A stretch of 64,000 bases of DNA, taken from positions 19,406,001-19,470,000 of the forward strand of contig JBHGNT010000007.1 in assembly GCA_043228905.1 (NCBI GenBank), in the 5' to 3' direction. Shown in pieces: positions 61,356-64,000 of this stretch. The first letter of the stretch is position 1. Each line of letters starts with the position of its first letter. Source of the DNA: Azolla caroliniana. Taxonomy: Eukaryota; Plantae; Polypodiophyta. Position numbers and translations under genes: made by a program. The notes beneath the pieces are model-generated. The model did not search any database. It was not told the origin of the DNA and saw nothing but the letters and a program-made list of their open reading frames with translations.

Positions 61356-63850
61356 TCGAATACAAAAGCATTGCGCATATTCCAATTATGATGCAATCCC
61401 CAATATCTCAGAAATAGAAAAACAATCTCCATCTCTGACTTTGGGTCAACCTATGTAAATTGTGCAAACACCCACTGTCTAGGTGTCAAATAACACTGTG
61501 ATAAAACTTGCCAAATTTGAGAAATGTAACTCCAAATCTGAGAAGCAATCGGACATTGTATAAATCAATGAGTACTATCTTCCATTTGAACAGTGCAAAA
61601 AACACAATTACCCGTTGCTAGTCCACGACGCTTTAGAGCTAATCCCAAAGGCAATCCTCCAATCAAAACTCTCCAAATGAAGACCTTTGCTACAAGTGGC
61701 AATTTAGAATGCCAACTACGTTGTAAGATTTGCCACCACCCATAATCAGATTTGTGTAATCTCCATTCTTTTTCAGCCTTAGATGATAACTATCCAAGAG
61801 ACTCAATAGAGCAATGATACAAAAGATTAGTAGTCACTTGTAACAACGATGTTTGACCCTTTAAACACCAATCAATCCACGATTGTTCTCCTATTTGTAG
61901 AGGTGAGGGACCTTGCATCAATTGAATATTTTGTAATTGTTCTAAATAAACCCATAATTAGGCGGAATGCGTAATAATTGTCGTGCTTCAACAAACTCCA
62001 AAATTCTTTGAGAAGGAGCCTCAACAATATCTCCCACCTCTTTGACCCCCAAACGAAACAAACGATTAAATTGAGAATGCAATCTCTCCTTTCCTGGCCA
62101 ACATAATAACCGAGAAGACACAAGTAACTCTTTTTGCAAAGAATTACAATGCTCTCTTCTAGATGATGGTTTCCATACACATAACAAGAGTGCTTCTTGC
62201 CATGAGGTAACCAAGTGTTGAACACATGTAGAGCCTGGAATCCTAAGTGAAATACATCCATTCAGTAATTGCCACCATGAAGACTTAATTGTTGTCCTCC
62301 CATGTGTTAAACCCTTATTCTCAATGAAATATTGAACAATAGATATCCATGGTTGTGGGTTTGAACACATGTCTTGTAATAATGAAAATCTACAAGCCAT
62401 CATATGCTTAGATAAGTTCAATATTCCAACTCCCCCCAAGCGCTTAGGAGTTGCTAGATGATTCCATGCAACCCAATTGATTCCCATCTTATCCCTCTTC
62501 TTCCATAACAAATATCGAAGAGGTTGCAAAATAGAATGCAAAGCCTTCTTTGTCCATGGCAGCAATGACAAGTAATATAATATCATAGGTTCCATAATAC
62601 ATTGTACAACCTTCAAACGTACATGAAATGGCCAAGATTGTGATTTCCAATACATGAACTTATCCCTCAACTTACTAGACATCCATTCAATCAATTGACC
62701 ATTTGTAACATTCATTCCTAATGGATAGCCCAAGTGTCGAAAAATAGAGCCTTTCTTCACCACAGATCCTTGCCATCCTAGATATTCCAAATCCCTTTCA
62801 GTACATGATATGAGACTAGACTACCTCCAATTAATATGTAATCTAGAAGCCAATGCAAATTGGTTCCATACAAGCATCCCCTTCTCAAGATTCTCTTGTG
62901 AGGCTTGTAGAAACATGAAAGAAAAATTAGTAAAAGCTTGTGCAACTAGTTGCCCTCCAGCCGGAAGGTGTAAACCAACAATATCACCATTTGTTGCAAG
63001 CTTGGATAGCATCACTAACAAGGGATGAGTAACAATAGCAAACAACAATGGGCTAATAGGGCATCCTTGACGAACGGATCTTATAAGGGAAATATCTGAT
63101 GTAACTCCCCCATTAAGCATGACTCGAGACGCCAGATCTTGTCCTAATAAAAATATCAGGCGAGACATACGAGGTTCAAAGCCCATTGTATGCATTAACC
63201 CAGAAACAAAGGACCAATTAACATGATCATAAGCTTTCTCCAAATCTAATTGCACCATAATCAATTCTTGATGAGTGTTTCGAGCATAATCCATGGCCAT
63301 TTGAACAATCAACACATTATGCAATATATTCCTACTTGCAATAAAACCATATTGGGTGGGATGTATCAACTAAATTGGCAAATACTTTTGTAATCTATTT
63401 GCAAAGACCTTTGTAAATATCTTATACAACCCCCCAATCATAGAAATAGGTCTCCATTGATGAAACAACTCTGGAGATACCACCTTTGGAACTAATTTAA
63501 TTAGACCAACCTTCCAAGCTTGAGGCATACGACCAGAATCCCAAGAATGTTGAAACATCAAAGTTAAGGGCCCCTTTAAAATGTTCAAATATCACTTAAA
63601 ATTTTCATTTGTCAAGTCATCCCAACCAGGGCTCTTACCACTAGGAATATGTCTTAAAACTGTGTCCATCTCATCCTCAATGAAATCCGCATCCAATTCT
63701 TGACTAATGAGGTCATGCACAATACATCCGACCACATCATAAAACTCATGACGTGCTCTACTCACCTCATTTGTCATTAACAATTGTGGGCCTACTCCTT
63801 AAAGTAATGAACACATATGTCAATTATTGTAGTAGAATCCAATATCTACT
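61112..63850 (-). mobile_element. 5'-truncated degenerate L1-type LINE ORF2
   Basis: GKSPGWD, WRPISM, QYGFI, LDLEKAYDHVNW, SVRQGCPISPLLF, RHLGYPL, VAWNHLATPKRLGGVGI. Confidence 0.9.
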
Positions 63851-63853
63851 CAA

Positions 63854-63925
63854 GTCGTTGTAGTATAGTGGTAAGTATTCCCGCCTGTCATGCAGGTGAC
63901 CCGGGTTCGATCCCCGACAATGGCG
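63854..63925 (+). tRNA. tRNA-Asp(GTC), possibly decaying
   Basis: Matches the plant cytosolic tRNA-Asp GTCGTTGTAGTATAGTGGTAAGTATTCCCGCCTGTCA... with intact A and B boxes and four C>T/G>A changes. Confidence 0.88.
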
Positions 63926-64000
63926 ATGTTATATTATGGAAGATAAAAAATTCTAATCCTAATTCTAATGTACCACATTAGATCGAGTATAAGTAGGATG

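Overview
Repeat-dense plant nuclear DNA; the TE families suggest a seed-free plant such as a fern, which is inference only. The host scaffold is a tandem array of kinase-less LRR receptor-like protein (RLP) genes: a partial copy at 1-671, an intact copy at 28969-31107 and a nearly erased third unit at ~32.3-41.2 kb. A tRNA-Asp(GTC) gene with four substitutions lies at the far end. Almost everything else is nested retroelements: three non-chromoviral Ty3/gypsy elements, about seven Ty1/copia elements or fragments, a small non-autonomous tRNA-Arg-primed LTR family (one copy next to an R2R3-MYB fragment) and two LINEs. The top signal is an intact 944-aa extra ORF downstream of pol in a young Ty3 element. 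It has no transmembrane segment, and its N-terminal and C-terminal domains are independently conserved in two other, diverged Ty3 elements in the window, pointing to an uncharacterised retrotransposon accessory-protein family. A 100-N gap with an adjacent fold-back palindrome near 19 kb is probably an assembly artefact.
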